A stretch of 64,000 bases of DNA. Origin: Brevundimonas sp. (lineage in GTDB: Bacteria; Pseudomonadota; Alphaproteobacteria; Caulobacterales; Caulobacteraceae). The notes beneath the pieces were generated by a model. The model saw nothing but the letters and a program-made list of their open reading frames with translations, did not search any database and had not been told where the DNA came from. The DNA lies in the NCBI RefSeq assembly GCF_032017145.1, contig NZ_DALZQC010000004.1:494-64493 (forward strand), in the 5' to 3' direction. The number at the start of each line of letters is the position of its first letter. Position 1 is the stretch's first letter. The position numbers and the translations under genes are program-made. Shown one piece after another: positions 10,244 to 19,272 of this stretch.

Positions 10244-11437
10244 ATGGCCGCTGCACGGGAAGAAGCGATTGCTCCTCGCCTTACGCTCATCGCCCTGTTC
10301 CTGAAATTTCTGCACTTCGGCGTCCTGGCATTCGGCGGGCCTGTCGCGCAGATCGCCATGATCCGACACCAGCTCGTTGAGCATGAGCGATGGATTTCCA
10401 GTGCACGGTTTAACCGCCTGCTGGCGGTAATGCAGGCGCTTCCCGGTCCAGAAGCGCATGAGCTTTGCGTACACATGGGGATGTTGGCGCGTGGCCGCAT
10501 AGGCGGCGTTCTAGCGGGCCTCGGGTTCATGTTGCCGGGCTTTATCCTTATGATGCTGGCGGCATGGGCCTATGACGTCTTGGTCGCCGGTCGCGCTGTC
10601 TGGACCGGTGCGCTGCTCGGGGTTCAGATCGTCGTGGTGGCGCTCATCATCAGGGCGGTGCAGCGGATCGGGCGGCACGTCCTTGAAGACCGAATGCTGT
10701 GGTTGCTGGCAGGCCTCGGCTTTGCGTCCAGCCTCATCGGCGCGCCGTTCTGGATACCGCTCGTCGCTGGAGGCCTGATCTACGGGTTCAGCGGACGACC
10801 CTGGATCGCTTTGGGCGTCGGTATGGTCGCCGTTGCGCTATCTGTCATCCTGCACTCAGTCGGGATGACTGCGGCTATCAAGGTCAACGGCCCTATCACT
10901 GAAGCGGGAACGCTTGATCTGTTTGTTGCAGGTCTCAAGGGCGGGCTTCTGACCTTTGGCGGGGCCTACACAGCCATTCCCTACGTTCGTGCCGATACCG
11001 TGGGACGGGGATGGCTGTCCGACGGCGCCTTTCTCGACGGTGTCGCCTTGGCTGGAGTGTTGCCCGCGCCACTGGTGATTTTCGGTACTTTCGCCGGCTA
11101 TGTCGCAGGCGGTTGGACCGGAGCCTTGGCGGTGACAGCGGGCATCTTCCTGCCGGCCTTCGCCTTCTCCCTGATACTGTTCGAACGGTTGGAAGCCGTG
11201 GTGGACAACCCGGCGCTGCACCGCGTGTTAGCTGGGGTCGCAGCGGCCGTGGTTGGAATCATTGGCGCGACCTGTCTCCAGCTGACGTGGTCAACGGCTG
11301 AACGTGCGCCGATCCTTTGGGGCGCTGCCCTCATTTTCCTAACAGCACTGGCAGCGGCGTGGCTGGCGAAAGGGAAGTGGGCGGCGCCGCTACTTATTGC
11401 GTCTGGCGCTCTCGCAGGGAGATTGATCTTCGGCTGA
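10244..11437 (+). CDS. chrA: chromate efflux transporter ChrA
   Basis: Two CHR halves; FGGPVAQIAMIRHQLVEHERWIS and LTFGGAYTAIPYVRADTV motifs; SD AGGAG 10232-10236, ATG 10244. Confidence 0.85.
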   Translation: MAAAREEAIAPRLTLIALFLKFLHFGVLAFGGPVAQIAMIRHQLVEHERWISSARFNRLLAVMQALPGPEAHELCVHMGMLARGRIGGVLAGLGFMLPGFILMMLAAWAYDVLVAGRAVWTGALLGVQIVVVALIIRAVQRIGRHVLEDRMLWLLAGLGFASSLIGAPFWIPLVAGGLIYGFSGRPWIALGVGMVAVALSVILHSVGMTAAIKVNGPITEAGTLDLFVAGLKGGLLTFGGAYTAIPYVRADTVGRGWLSDGAFLDGVALAGVLPAPLVIFGTFAGYVAGGWTGALAVTAGIFLPAFAFSLILFERLEAVVDNPALHRVLAGVAAAVVGIIGATCLQLTWSTAERAPILWGAALIFLTALAAAWLAKGKWAAPLLIASGALAGRLIFG

Positions 11438-11532
11438 CGGCCTGTGCCTGGGAGTGTAGCTAACGTGCAGGTCCGCAATGGGTCGATGTCAGTCATGATC
11501 ATCAATGCCCGAAGCAGACTTCTGCTAAGCCC

Positions 11533-12258
11533 CTAAGAGATCATGGGTGGCAGCACTAGGCTGCTACTCTGGTAGCGGTCTGCTACCGAATCCTTCGGCG
11601 GCGCCACCGTCACCGTGCACCGCTGCACCTTCCCGCTGTCGATCGCCGCCGCCCGGCACGTCTCAAGGGCGTCCCGGTTCTCGTCGGCAAGCCGGGCGTC
11701 CGCGACGATACGACCCCAGCCCATCGGATTCGCCGCCCGCATTAACGCTCCGCCCGCCGTCCAGCGATCCTCCCGCATCACCAGAGCCGCCACCCGCGTG
11801 TTCAGCCCGAACGGCAAGACGCCGGCGAGGATCGGCGAAAGCAACAGCCCGACCGCGAACGCCACGCCCCCGATCCAGCCCAGCAACCGGACCTGCCTAT
11901 CCTTCGCCCAGGCCTGACCGATGAGGCCGGAGAGCCGCGACCGCTCGCGCTCCGCCTCCTGCGCGGCGCGGTCCAGCCTCTGCGCCGCCTCCCGCACCAG
12001 CGCCGAACCCGCCCTCGCGATACCTTGGCCCTGCTGCTCGGGCGTGAGGTTAAGCGCAGGCGAGGCCAGCACCGTCTCCAACGACTGACCGATCTCGTCG
12101 AGACCCTTGCCGAGTATCGCGAGATCCTGACTGTAGTCAGGCGGCCGCTTCTCCCGGATCGCCGCTGGAAGGCCCTCGATAGCGCGGCGCAGCACCGAGA
12201 CCTCGGCCCGCAGGTCCTCGAACGCCTGGGCCGGGTCGCCCGCTTGATCCTCCGCCAT
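11533..12258 (-). CDS. DUF6118-like coiled-coil/one-TM protein (plasmid/ICE-associated)
   Basis: 241 aa, N-terminal coiled-coil, one TM helix (LLGWIGGVAFAVGLLLSPILAGVL). Family assignment is from memory. Lies 18 bp downstream of the integrase stop. Confidence 0.5.
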   Translation of the reverse strand: MAEDQAGDPAQAFEDLRAEVSVLRRAIEGLPAAIREKRPPDYSQDLAILGKGLDEIGQSLETVLASPALNLTPEQQGQGIARAGSALVREAAQRLDRAAQEAERERSRLSGLIGQAWAKDRQVRLLGWIGGVAFAVGLLLSPILAGVLPFGLNTRVAALVMREDRWTAGGALMRAANPMGWGRIVADARLADENRDALETCRAAAIDSGKVQRCTVTVAPPKDSVADRYQSSSLVLPPMIS

Positions 12259-12276
12259 CCTCGCCTCCTGACTTCG

Positions 12277-13998
12277 TTACAACGACAGGCCCCGATGCAA
12301 GTCCCGCCCGATCTGCTGGGTCGCCTGCTGCACGCTACGCGCCGAGATCACCCGACCGAGGGTCGAACTCTGGCCCATTCCCAAGTCCTGCGCCCGCGAC
12401 CGCACCAGCGATGCCAGCTGCGGATCGCGCTTCAGCGTGCCCGCCATCGCCTTCATGCGCGCCTCCACGCGTTGGCGTTCGCCTCTGTGCCGCCACCCGT
12501 CCAGCCGGTCATGCTGCGTTTCCAGCCGCTTCCAATCCTTCACCAACCGGTCGGCCTTCAAGATCGGATCATGCCGCACCCGCGATTCGCGGCGGATAGC
12601 ACCCGCCAGCTCGGCACCGCGTTCAGACCCGCGAAGATCCCGCATGGCGCGCCAGGTTGGCTCCTGCGGCTCCCAGTCGCTCATGCCCTGCAACACGAGG
12701 TCGGCATGCTTGATGGTGTCCACATGGCCGTAATGCTCTTGGATCATCTGCACCGACGTTCCCATCTGCTCGGCCAGCAGCAGTTCACTGACGCCTTCGG
12801 TCAGGCGGATGGTGGCGTAGGTGTGCCGGAACGAATAGGTCGAGCGCAGAATGCCGGATGGACCGACCCGCAGGTTCGCGTGGTCCAGCAGGTCCGCGAT
12901 GAAGGCCTTGTAGAGGGTGCGTTCCTCTGCGCCGGTGGCGCTGCTGAACACCGGAGCTTCTGGCGCGGTGCTCACCGCGATGGCGCGGATGCGGTCCAGA
13001 TATTTCCCGACATTGCTGCTCGGCGCGACAAGCTGGCGGGACTTGCCCTTGCCACGCACGGACAACACCGTCACCGGCTGACCGTTCTTGTCAGTCGCCT
13101 CCATCACGTCGCGCCAACGCAGGTTACGCGCCTCTGAAGGCCGCATGCCGGTGTTGCACATGATCAGGACGAATTGATAAACCATGGCCCGGTACCAGCG
13201 GGCGGTTTCGGTCTTCGCGGCATCGACCCACTTGGTGCGGGCGTGGGTATGGAGGCGGCGGTATTCCTCCAGCGAGAACGCATCCCGGCGCTGCTTCTCA
13301 AGCGACGGCATGCCTTCGATCCGGTGATGAGGCGGGGCCTCCTGTTTGGAAACGGCGTCATTGATGATGGCGCGGTAGATCTTCATCTCGAAGCGAATGG
13401 TCGCGTCACTGACGATGATCCAGTCCGTGTTCTCGGGCTCCGGGGTCTCCGCCGTTTGCTTGCCGACCGCGCCCCCTTTCTGCTTCGCCTTGTCATCGGC
13501 GAGGGCCTTGGCAGCATCGCGTTCGGCGTCCGTCATCGGTCGCACATTGCCATGGCGCGTCATCCGCCCCTGACCGAGCGACCGTCGCCAGGACGGATAG
13601 TTCTGCCAGCGGTCCAGAGCGATGAGGTCGATCTGGATCTTGCCGACATAGGGATTGAGCTGGTTCTTCACGACCGACTCGATGAGCTTCACCCGGCCCG
13701 GCGTGATCTCGCCGCGCTGCGCGCGCAGTCTCTGCTCTGCGATGTAGTCCTTCGCCACCGCCGAAAATGGACGGTTGAACACCGGCAGATTTCGCTTCAA
13801 CGCAAAGCGGACTTCGCTTTCGTGGTCGTAGGCTAGGGTACGCGCCGTCGTGATGTCCGGCGTCTTTAAGGCGATGGTCTTGTAGCGCGTCGCCTTCGGC
13901 AGTCGGACTCGACAATACCAATCCCGGGTCTGCAAATCGCCCCGCCGGAAGATGACCAGTCCGGGTTTCAGCTCTTCCTTGTCCGTGACAAACGCCAT
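12277..13998 (-). CDS. tyrosine-type integrase with ~125-147-aa relaxase-like C-terminal tail
   Basis: GMRPSEARNLRW (Arg box), SFRHTYATIRL, MIQEHYGHV (His/Tyr box). ATG 13998 is preceded by GGAGG. The tail RDPQLASLVRSRAQDLGMG resembles relaxase (DUF3363-type) C-termini. Confidence 0.8.
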   Translation of the reverse strand: MAFVTDKEELKPGLVIFRRGDLQTRDWYCRVRLPKATRYKTIALKTPDITTARTLAYDHESEVRFALKRNLPVFNRPFSAVAKDYIAEQRLRAQRGEITPGRVKLIESVVKNQLNPYVGKIQIDLIALDRWQNYPSWRRSLGQGRMTRHGNVRPMTDAERDAAKALADDKAKQKGGAVGKQTAETPEPENTDWIIVSDATIRFEMKIYRAIINDAVSKQEAPPHHRIEGMPSLEKQRRDAFSLEEYRRLHTHARTKWVDAAKTETARWYRAMVYQFVLIMCNTGMRPSEARNLRWRDVMEATDKNGQPVTVLSVRGKGKSRQLVAPSSNVGKYLDRIRAIAVSTAPEAPVFSSATGAEERTLYKAFIADLLDHANLRVGPSGILRSTYSFRHTYATIRLTEGVSELLLAEQMGTSVQMIQEHYGHVDTIKHADLVLQGMSDWEPQEPTWRAMRDLRGSERGAELAGAIRRESRVRHDPILKADRLVKDWKRLETQHDRLDGWRHRGERQRVEARMKAMAGTLKRDPQLASLVRSRAQDLGMGQSSTLGRVISARSVQQATQQIGRDLHRGLSL

Positions 13999-14152
13999 GA
14001 CAGCCTCCATCGTCGTGCAGATTTCGTGCACATCGCGGCGCTAAGTCATTGATCTGCCGTGACGTGCATACATCGTGTATGAACTTCATAGCACAAAATA
14101 TCGTTTGATTCTAGCAAGTTAGCGTTTGGGACTTATCCCAAGGGGAGAAGGA

Positions 14153-17100
14153 TCAATTCAGGACGACCCGCCGCGCGCCCGCCGGGATCGCCAACTCATC
14201 GCCCGTCCATGCCGCCGCGCGACCGTCGATCCGCACCCGCTCCGGCCGTTCCTGCCCCGCCTTCCATTGCAGCACGAACCCGCCCGGCGGCGTCGCTCCG
14301 CCGCCCAGGGTCAGCACATACCCCTGCCGTTCCTTGCGATAGGCATAGGTCAACGGCCCATAGGCGGTGCGCAGGTCCCTCACCCCGACGCCTTCCGGGG
14401 TGTCCAGCCAAGCCGCCGGCACACCCGCCGCCAGCACCAGGGCGTGATCGTGGTCGCGTTCATAGGCGAACAGGTCCAGGGCCGAGCGGATATAGTCGGA
14501 GCTGATCCAGGCATGGGGCATGTCGCCGATGAAGCGCGGCTCGCGCTTTTCGCGCCCCACCACCTCGGCCCAGCCGTTCCAGGCCTCGGGCCGGCGGTCG
14601 GCCATCAGGAAGTCCAGCACCGCCAGCGCCCGGTCCTTCTGGCCCAGCCGCACATAGGCGCCGACCAGCCGCCATTCGTAGGGCGTATAGTCCTTCCAAG
14701 CCGTGCGATTGGTCAGTCGGTTCTGGAAGTTTTCCCAATAACGGTCGAAGGTTCGCGCCATCAGCTCTGGCGGCAGATTATCCTGTTCGCCCGCCGGCGA
14801 CAGGGCGATGGTGGTCGAGGTGGCGTCGAAATCGCCCCGATCCGCAGCCCCCGCGATCCAGTCGATGCCGTGATGCTGCGCCGTCGCCGTGATCGACGCC
14901 CGGATATCGGCGGCGAACTGATCCCACGCAGCCGCATAGCGGGCGGCGGCGTCCGCATCGCCCAAAGTCTCGGCGATGAAGAGCGCATCCTTGTAGCCCA
15001 GCAGGCCCCAGAAATCGTCCCAGTAGGAATAGGCCGCCTTGTCCGAATAGCCCTCGTGGCTGATCGTCGGCGGCAGCAGGCCGTAGAGGTGGCGTTGATC
15101 CGGCGCCTGGAACGCCGCCGTCCGGGTCGAGGCGCGCAGCTCGTCCATATAGGCGATGGCCTTCTGCACCTGCGGCCAGACCTGGCGCAACAGGGCCTCG
15201 TCGCGGGTGTAGCGATAGGTTTCGGCGGCCAGGAAGACGAACTGGCCGTGGCTGTCGTTCTCGGGCACCGGATCGGCGCCGCGCGAATCGACGCAGCACG
15301 GCACCTTGCCGTTCTCGAACACATAGGGGGCGTACCAGCGCAGATAGTCGGCGGAATGCTCGGCCATGCCCAGCCGATTCAGCCCCTCGGCCATCATGGC
15401 CCCGTCGCGGATCCACGAACGGTTGTAGCTGCGGGTGCCGGGCTGCAGGATCGGCCCCTGACGCGACATCAGCATATGGGCCAGCGAGGATTTCAGCGCG
15501 TCCTCGATGCGCTGGGCGGCGGGCGGCAGGGTCAGTTCGACGCGGTCCAGCTTCTGGCGCCATTCGCCGGCCAGCCGCGCCTCGACCACATCCAGAACCG
15601 CAGCCGCCTGCCCCATCGGCTCGGGCGCCAGGTCTTCGCCGGACAGTTGCGACACCCATCCGACCGTTCGCGTTTCTCCGGGTTGCAGCGTCACCTCGTA
15701 GGTCAGGGCGCCGGCCGCCAGACCTGTGGCGTCGGTCGTCGTCATGACCTCTGCGGCCGGTCGGCGCGCAGACGGCAGGATCAGGGACTGCGGATCGCTG
15801 CCGGCATCGAAGGTCGCCAGCGCGACCATATCCGGGGCCGCCAGCGGCTGCACCCGCACTGTGTCGTTCAGCCTCAGTTCGGCGCCGTGCCAGCTGATCG
15901 TCTCGACCGGGCTGACGCCGCCGGGAATGGCCAGGAACTGACGCGGCGCATTCACCTGCATCGGCCGGGCGGCCAGCGCGAGGGTCAGGGTGCGCGGCCG
16001 GCTGGAGGTGTTGGTCAGGTCGTAACGCCCCCACAGTTGCGCCTGATCGGCCGGCCCGTCCGCGAAGCTGGTGATCTTCAGCCTCCAGTCGTCGGCGGTC
16101 CAGGTCACCGACGGGATCGGCAGGTCGCGGTCCTTCAACCCCTGTTCGATATTGACGTCGGCCCAGGTGATCAGCCGCCCGTTGTCCACTACGAAGGGCT
16201 CGATGCTGGGGCCGGCGCGGCGCAGTTCGATGGCGCCGTCCTCGCCGATCAGGCCGCTCTCGCCGCCCCCATCGACACCGACCAGGGTCCAATAGGATTG
16301 TTCGCCCGAGAAGCCGCGCGGATAGAGGCCGCGCCGGTTCTCCTTGGCCACCGCCTCGACGAAGACCGTGGGGTCGGCGCCGAAGGCCAGGGGCTCGACC
16401 TCGATCTCGTTCAGCGCATAGGTGGTCGCCTGGGCCGCGCCCAGCCTCTGACCCGCGCCGGACGAACCGACCACGTCCGGCGCCGGAACGGGCCGCAGCG
16501 GCTGCAGCTTCAGCCAGCGCGCGCTCGCCTCTGGCGTTCTCAGCCAATCAACGCCGCCGTTGCCGCCCGTGACCGTCGCCAACTCGCGCCAGTCCCGCTC
16601 GTCGGTCGAGACCGAAACGCGATAGTCCGCCGCCGCGCCGCGCTCGCCCCAGCGCAGGGTCAGGCCGCCGAACTCACGCTCATAACCCAGGTCCAGCGTC
16701 AGGGCCGACGTCTCGCTCACGGGCGGGGTCCAGGCGGTCTTTAGGTCATTGTCCACGGCGCGCGACGCGGTGGAGGGCGAGCGGCCGTCGCTGGCGATGG
16801 GCTGGGGCGGCACGGCCGGATCGACGGGCAGTTGGCGGATCGAAAGCTGGTCGATGTCGATGAAGCCGCGCCCGCCGTCGGCCGCCACCACCACGAACTC
16901 GACCCGTTCTGCGCGGCGCAGTTCGGTCTCGGGGCTGGGCCCCCAGGCCTTGGAGACCTGACGCCGCTTGATGACGAACCTGGTCCAGCCGTCGGGGAAG
17001 TCGTAGCGGACCGTCTGCTTCCACCAGACATTCTCGGCCGACGCATCGGTGAACTTGACCTCGAAGGTGTTCGCGGGTCCCTGGCCGCGCACCCAGAAGC

Positions 17101-17365
17101 TGATCTCGTAATTGTCGGGCAGGTCGAACGGCAACGGCCTGCTGAGCACCGCATAACCCGCCTTGCTGTCGAAATCGTAGTCGAGCCGCACAGCCCGTCC
17201 GTCATGACCGGCGACGGCGGAGACGGCGGCGTAAACATCAGTGGAGGCCGTGGCCTCCCACCGCGCCGCGTCATCCATGCTGTCGAGAACGCGCGTCTCC
17301 TGCGCGGCAGCGGGCGCAGCCATGAGAGCGGCGCTGAGAGCGAGGGCAGAGGTCAGAAAACGCAT
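14153..17365 (-). CDS. secreted 1070-aa discoidin (F5/8 type C) domain protein, putative glycoside hydrolase of unassigned family
   Basis: Signal peptide MRFLTSALALSAALMAAPAAAQE, N-terminal CBM-like module, and a discoidin-like module (AVDNDLKTAWTP...WRELATV). The large C-terminal region has alpha/alpha-barrel-like character. Last gene of the glycan locus. Confidence 0.6.
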   Translation of the reverse strand: MRFLTSALALSAALMAAPAAAQETRVLDSMDDAARWEATASTDVYAAVSAVAGHDGRAVRLDYDFDSKAGYAVLSRPLPFDLPDNYEISFWVRGQGPANTFEVKFTDASAENVWWKQTVRYDFPDGWTRFVIKRRQVSKAWGPSPETELRRAERVEFVVVAADGGRGFIDIDQLSIRQLPVDPAVPPQPIASDGRSPSTASRAVDNDLKTAWTPPVSETSALTLDLGYEREFGGLTLRWGERGAAADYRVSVSTDERDWRELATVTGGNGGVDWLRTPEASARWLKLQPLRPVPAPDVVGSSGAGQRLGAAQATTYALNEIEVEPLAFGADPTVFVEAVAKENRRGLYPRGFSGEQSYWTLVGVDGGGESGLIGEDGAIELRRAGPSIEPFVVDNGRLITWADVNIEQGLKDRDLPIPSVTWTADDWRLKITSFADGPADQAQLWGRYDLTNTSSRPRTLTLALAARPMQVNAPRQFLAIPGGVSPVETISWHGAELRLNDTVRVQPLAAPDMVALATFDAGSDPQSLILPSARRPAAEVMTTTDATGLAAGALTYEVTLQPGETRTVGWVSQLSGEDLAPEPMGQAAAVLDVVEARLAGEWRQKLDRVELTLPPAAQRIEDALKSSLAHMLMSRQGPILQPGTRSYNRSWIRDGAMMAEGLNRLGMAEHSADYLRWYAPYVFENGKVPCCVDSRGADPVPENDSHGQFVFLAAETYRYTRDEALLRQVWPQVQKAIAYMDELRASTRTAAFQAPDQRHLYGLLPPTISHEGYSDKAAYSYWDDFWGLLGYKDALFIAETLGDADAAARYAAAWDQFAADIRASITATAQHHGIDWIAGAADRGDFDATSTTIALSPAGEQDNLPPELMARTFDRYWENFQNRLTNRTAWKDYTPYEWRLVGAYVRLGQKDRALAVLDFLMADRRPEAWNGWAEVVGREKREPRFIGDMPHAWISSDYIRSALDLFAYERDHDHALVLAAGVPAAWLDTPEGVGVRDLRTAYGPLTYAYRKERQGYVLTLGGGATPPGGFVLQWKAGQERPERVRIDGRAAAWTGDELAIPAGARRVVLN

Positions 17366-17395
17366 TTCGCTACTCCATTTTCGCCCCCAAACACC

Positions 17396-17497
17396 GTCAT
17401 CCTAGGCCTTGTGCCTAGGATCCAGAGACTCAGTGAAAACCGGGGACGCACGTCCGCCACCGGGAGTCTGGATCCTCGCCACAGGGGCGAGGATGAC
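17396..17497. repeat. REP-pair palindromic element (GTCATCCT...AGGATGAC)
   Basis: Hairpins TCCTAGGCcttgtGCCTAGGA (17400-17420) and TCCTCGCCacagGGGCGAGGA (17473-17493). These are nested in the outer inverted repeat GTCATCCT (17396-17403) / AGGATGAC (17490-17497). Confidence 0.6.
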
Positions 17498-17527
17498 GAT
17501 ATTAGGGAAGCGAGACAGCTTCGAAGA

Positions 17528-18343
17528 TCACCCCTTCACGCTGCCCGCGAGCATTCCACGGATATAGTAGCGTTGCAGGGCGAGGAAGAGGATCAGCACG
17601 GGCGCGACGGTCACGACGGCGCCGGCCATCATCAGTTCGATGTCCTGCACATGCTCGCGCGACAACGCGGCCAAGGCGACCGGCAGCGTATAGTTCGACT
17701 GATCCGTCAGGATGATCAGGGGCCACAGAAAGTCGTTCCAACTGCCCAGGAAGACGAACAGGCCAAGCGTCACGATGATCGGCTGCAGCGTCGGCAGGAC
17801 CACGCGGCGGAAGATCTGTCCCTCGCCGGCCCCGTCGATACGGGCGGCCTCCAGCATCTCGTCGGGAATGCTCAGCGCATACTGACGCACCAGAAACAGG
17901 CCGAAGATCGAGGCCAGCCACGGGACCAGCGCCCCGGCGTAGGTGTTCACCAACCCCATCGACTTCAACATCAGGAACAGCGGCAGGGTGCCGATCTGGG
18001 CCGGCACCACCAGCGCGGCGACCAGAAACTGGAACAGCCGCTCGCGCCCCTTGAACTTCAGCTTGGCGAAGGCGTAGCCGGCCGGGACCGTGAAGCCCAA
18101 AGCAAGGATGGTCGCCAGGGTCGCAAGCGCGAAGCTGTTCCACAGATACCGACCCATGCCTTGGTTCAGGAACAGGTCGCGATAATGCTCCAGCGTCCAG
18201 TGCGAGGGCAGCAGCGGCGGCGGGAAGACGGCCGCCTCGCCCGTCGCCATGAAGCTGACCGACACCATCCAGACCAGCGGGAACAGCACGATCAGGGCGA
18301 TGAGGCCGACGGCCAGATTGAGCAGGATCGCGCGGATTTTCAT
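17528..18343 (-). CDS. carbohydrate ABC transporter permease (MalG-like)
   Basis: Start MKIRAILLN (ATG 18343) overlaps the upstream stop as ATGA; EAA-type loop EAARIDGAGEGQIFRRVVLP. Confidence 0.9.
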   Translation of the reverse strand: MKIRAILLNLAVGLIALIVLFPLVWMVSVSFMATGEAAVFPPPLLPSHWTLEHYRDLFLNQGMGRYLWNSFALATLATILALGFTVPAGYAFAKLKFKGRERLFQFLVAALVVPAQIGTLPLFLMLKSMGLVNTYAGALVPWLASIFGLFLVRQYALSIPDEMLEAARIDGAGEGQIFRRVVLPTLQPIIVTLGLFVFLGSWNDFLWPLIILTDQSNYTLPVALAALSREHVQDIELMMAGAVVTVAPVLILFLALQRYYIRGMLAGSVKG

Positions 18344-19272
18344 TGATACGCCCCCACCCGCTTCGCCACCGCCAGCTGAACCAGGGTGATGGCCAGGATG
18401 CACAGGAACAGCACGAAGGCGACGGCGCTGGCGGAGCCCAGGTTCCACCATTTGAAGCCCTCTTCGTACATGAAGTAGAGCACCGTCACCGTGCTCTGGG
18501 CCGGGCCGCCTTGGGTCATTACATAGGGTTCGGCGAACAGCTGGAAGAAGCTGGCGACAGAGATGATCGAGACCAGCAGCATGGTCGGCGCGATGGCCGG
18601 CAGGGTCACATGGCGGAACTGCTTCCACGGCCCGGCGCCGTCGATGCGCGCGGCCTCATACAAATCGTCCGGCACGGTCTGAAGCACCGCCAGGAAGATC
18701 AGCATATTGTAGCCAAAGATCTTCCAGACCACGAACATCAGGATGGCGGGGATCGAGGTCGAGGGGTCGCCCAGCCAGTCCACGGCGGGCAGGCCGATGC
18801 TTTCAAGCCCCCAGTTGATGACGCCGTAGCGGGTGTGCAGCAGATAGCGCCACACCACCGCCGTCGCGACCAGGGTGGTGACATAGGGGGCGAAGAACAT
18901 CACCCGCCAGATCGGCCGCCACTTCACCACCCGCGCATTCAGGATCACCGCCGCCGCCAGGGACGCGGCGATGGAAAGCGGCACGCCCAGAACGGCGAAG
19001 GTCAGGGTGTTCTTCATCGCGCCCCAGAACAGGGGATTGCTCAGCAACCGCTCATAGTTCTGCAGGCCGACGAAACGCAGATTGTCCAGGTTGGCCAGGA
19101 CATAGATGTCGAAGTCGGTAAGGCTGAGCAGCAGGGCCGCGATCACCGGAATGGCGAAGAACAGGCCGATGGCGAGCAGGGCCGGGGCGACGAAGGCCCA
19201 GGCGGCCCGCTCGCGGGCGCCGCGTCCGCGCGACGGCCTGGCCCTCGCCAAAGTGGGGTCGGCGACGGTCAT
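18340..19272 (-). CDS. carbohydrate ABC transporter permease (MalF-like)
   Basis: Start MTVADPT (ATG 19272) overlaps the SBP stop as ATGA; EAARIDGAGPWKQFRHVTLP loop; 6 TM helices. Confidence 0.9.
   Translation of the reverse strand: MTVADPTLARARPSRGRGARERAAWAFVAPALLAIGLFFAIPVIAALLLSLTDFDIYVLANLDNLRFVGLQNYERLLSNPLFWGAMKNTLTFAVLGVPLSIAASLAAAVILNARVVKWRPIWRVMFFAPYVTTLVATAVVWRYLLHTRYGVINWGLESIGLPAVDWLGDPSTSIPAILMFVVWKIFGYNMLIFLAVLQTVPDDLYEAARIDGAGPWKQFRHVTLPAIAPTMLLVSIISVASFFQLFAEPYVMTQGGPAQSTVTVLYFMYEEGFKWWNLGSASAVAFVLFLCILAITLVQLAVAKRVGAYQ

Larger units (their letters stand above)
6448..14150. mobile_element. ~7.7-kb integrative genomic island (serine recombinase + tyrosine integrase, chrA cargo)
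   Basis: Lower-GC block between convergent core genes, with the integrase at the extreme right end. 9-bp direct repeat GGGGAGAAG at 6439-6447 and 14142-14150 marks both junctions. Confidence 0.6.

Noticed and set aside
14126-16744. Very long antisense ORFs opposite recognised genes. Examples: 14126..16744(+), 22495..24066(+), 28719..31502(+), 34002..35933(-), 49076..51985(+), 52388..54700(-), 55266..57902(+), 59481..63278(+), 12025..13137(+), 18343..19584(+).
   Set aside because: Their translations are Arg/Gly/Pro/His/Asp-rich low-complexity strings with no motifs. The opposite strand encodes clearly recognisable proteins. Stop-poor shadow frames are expected in high-GC DNA.
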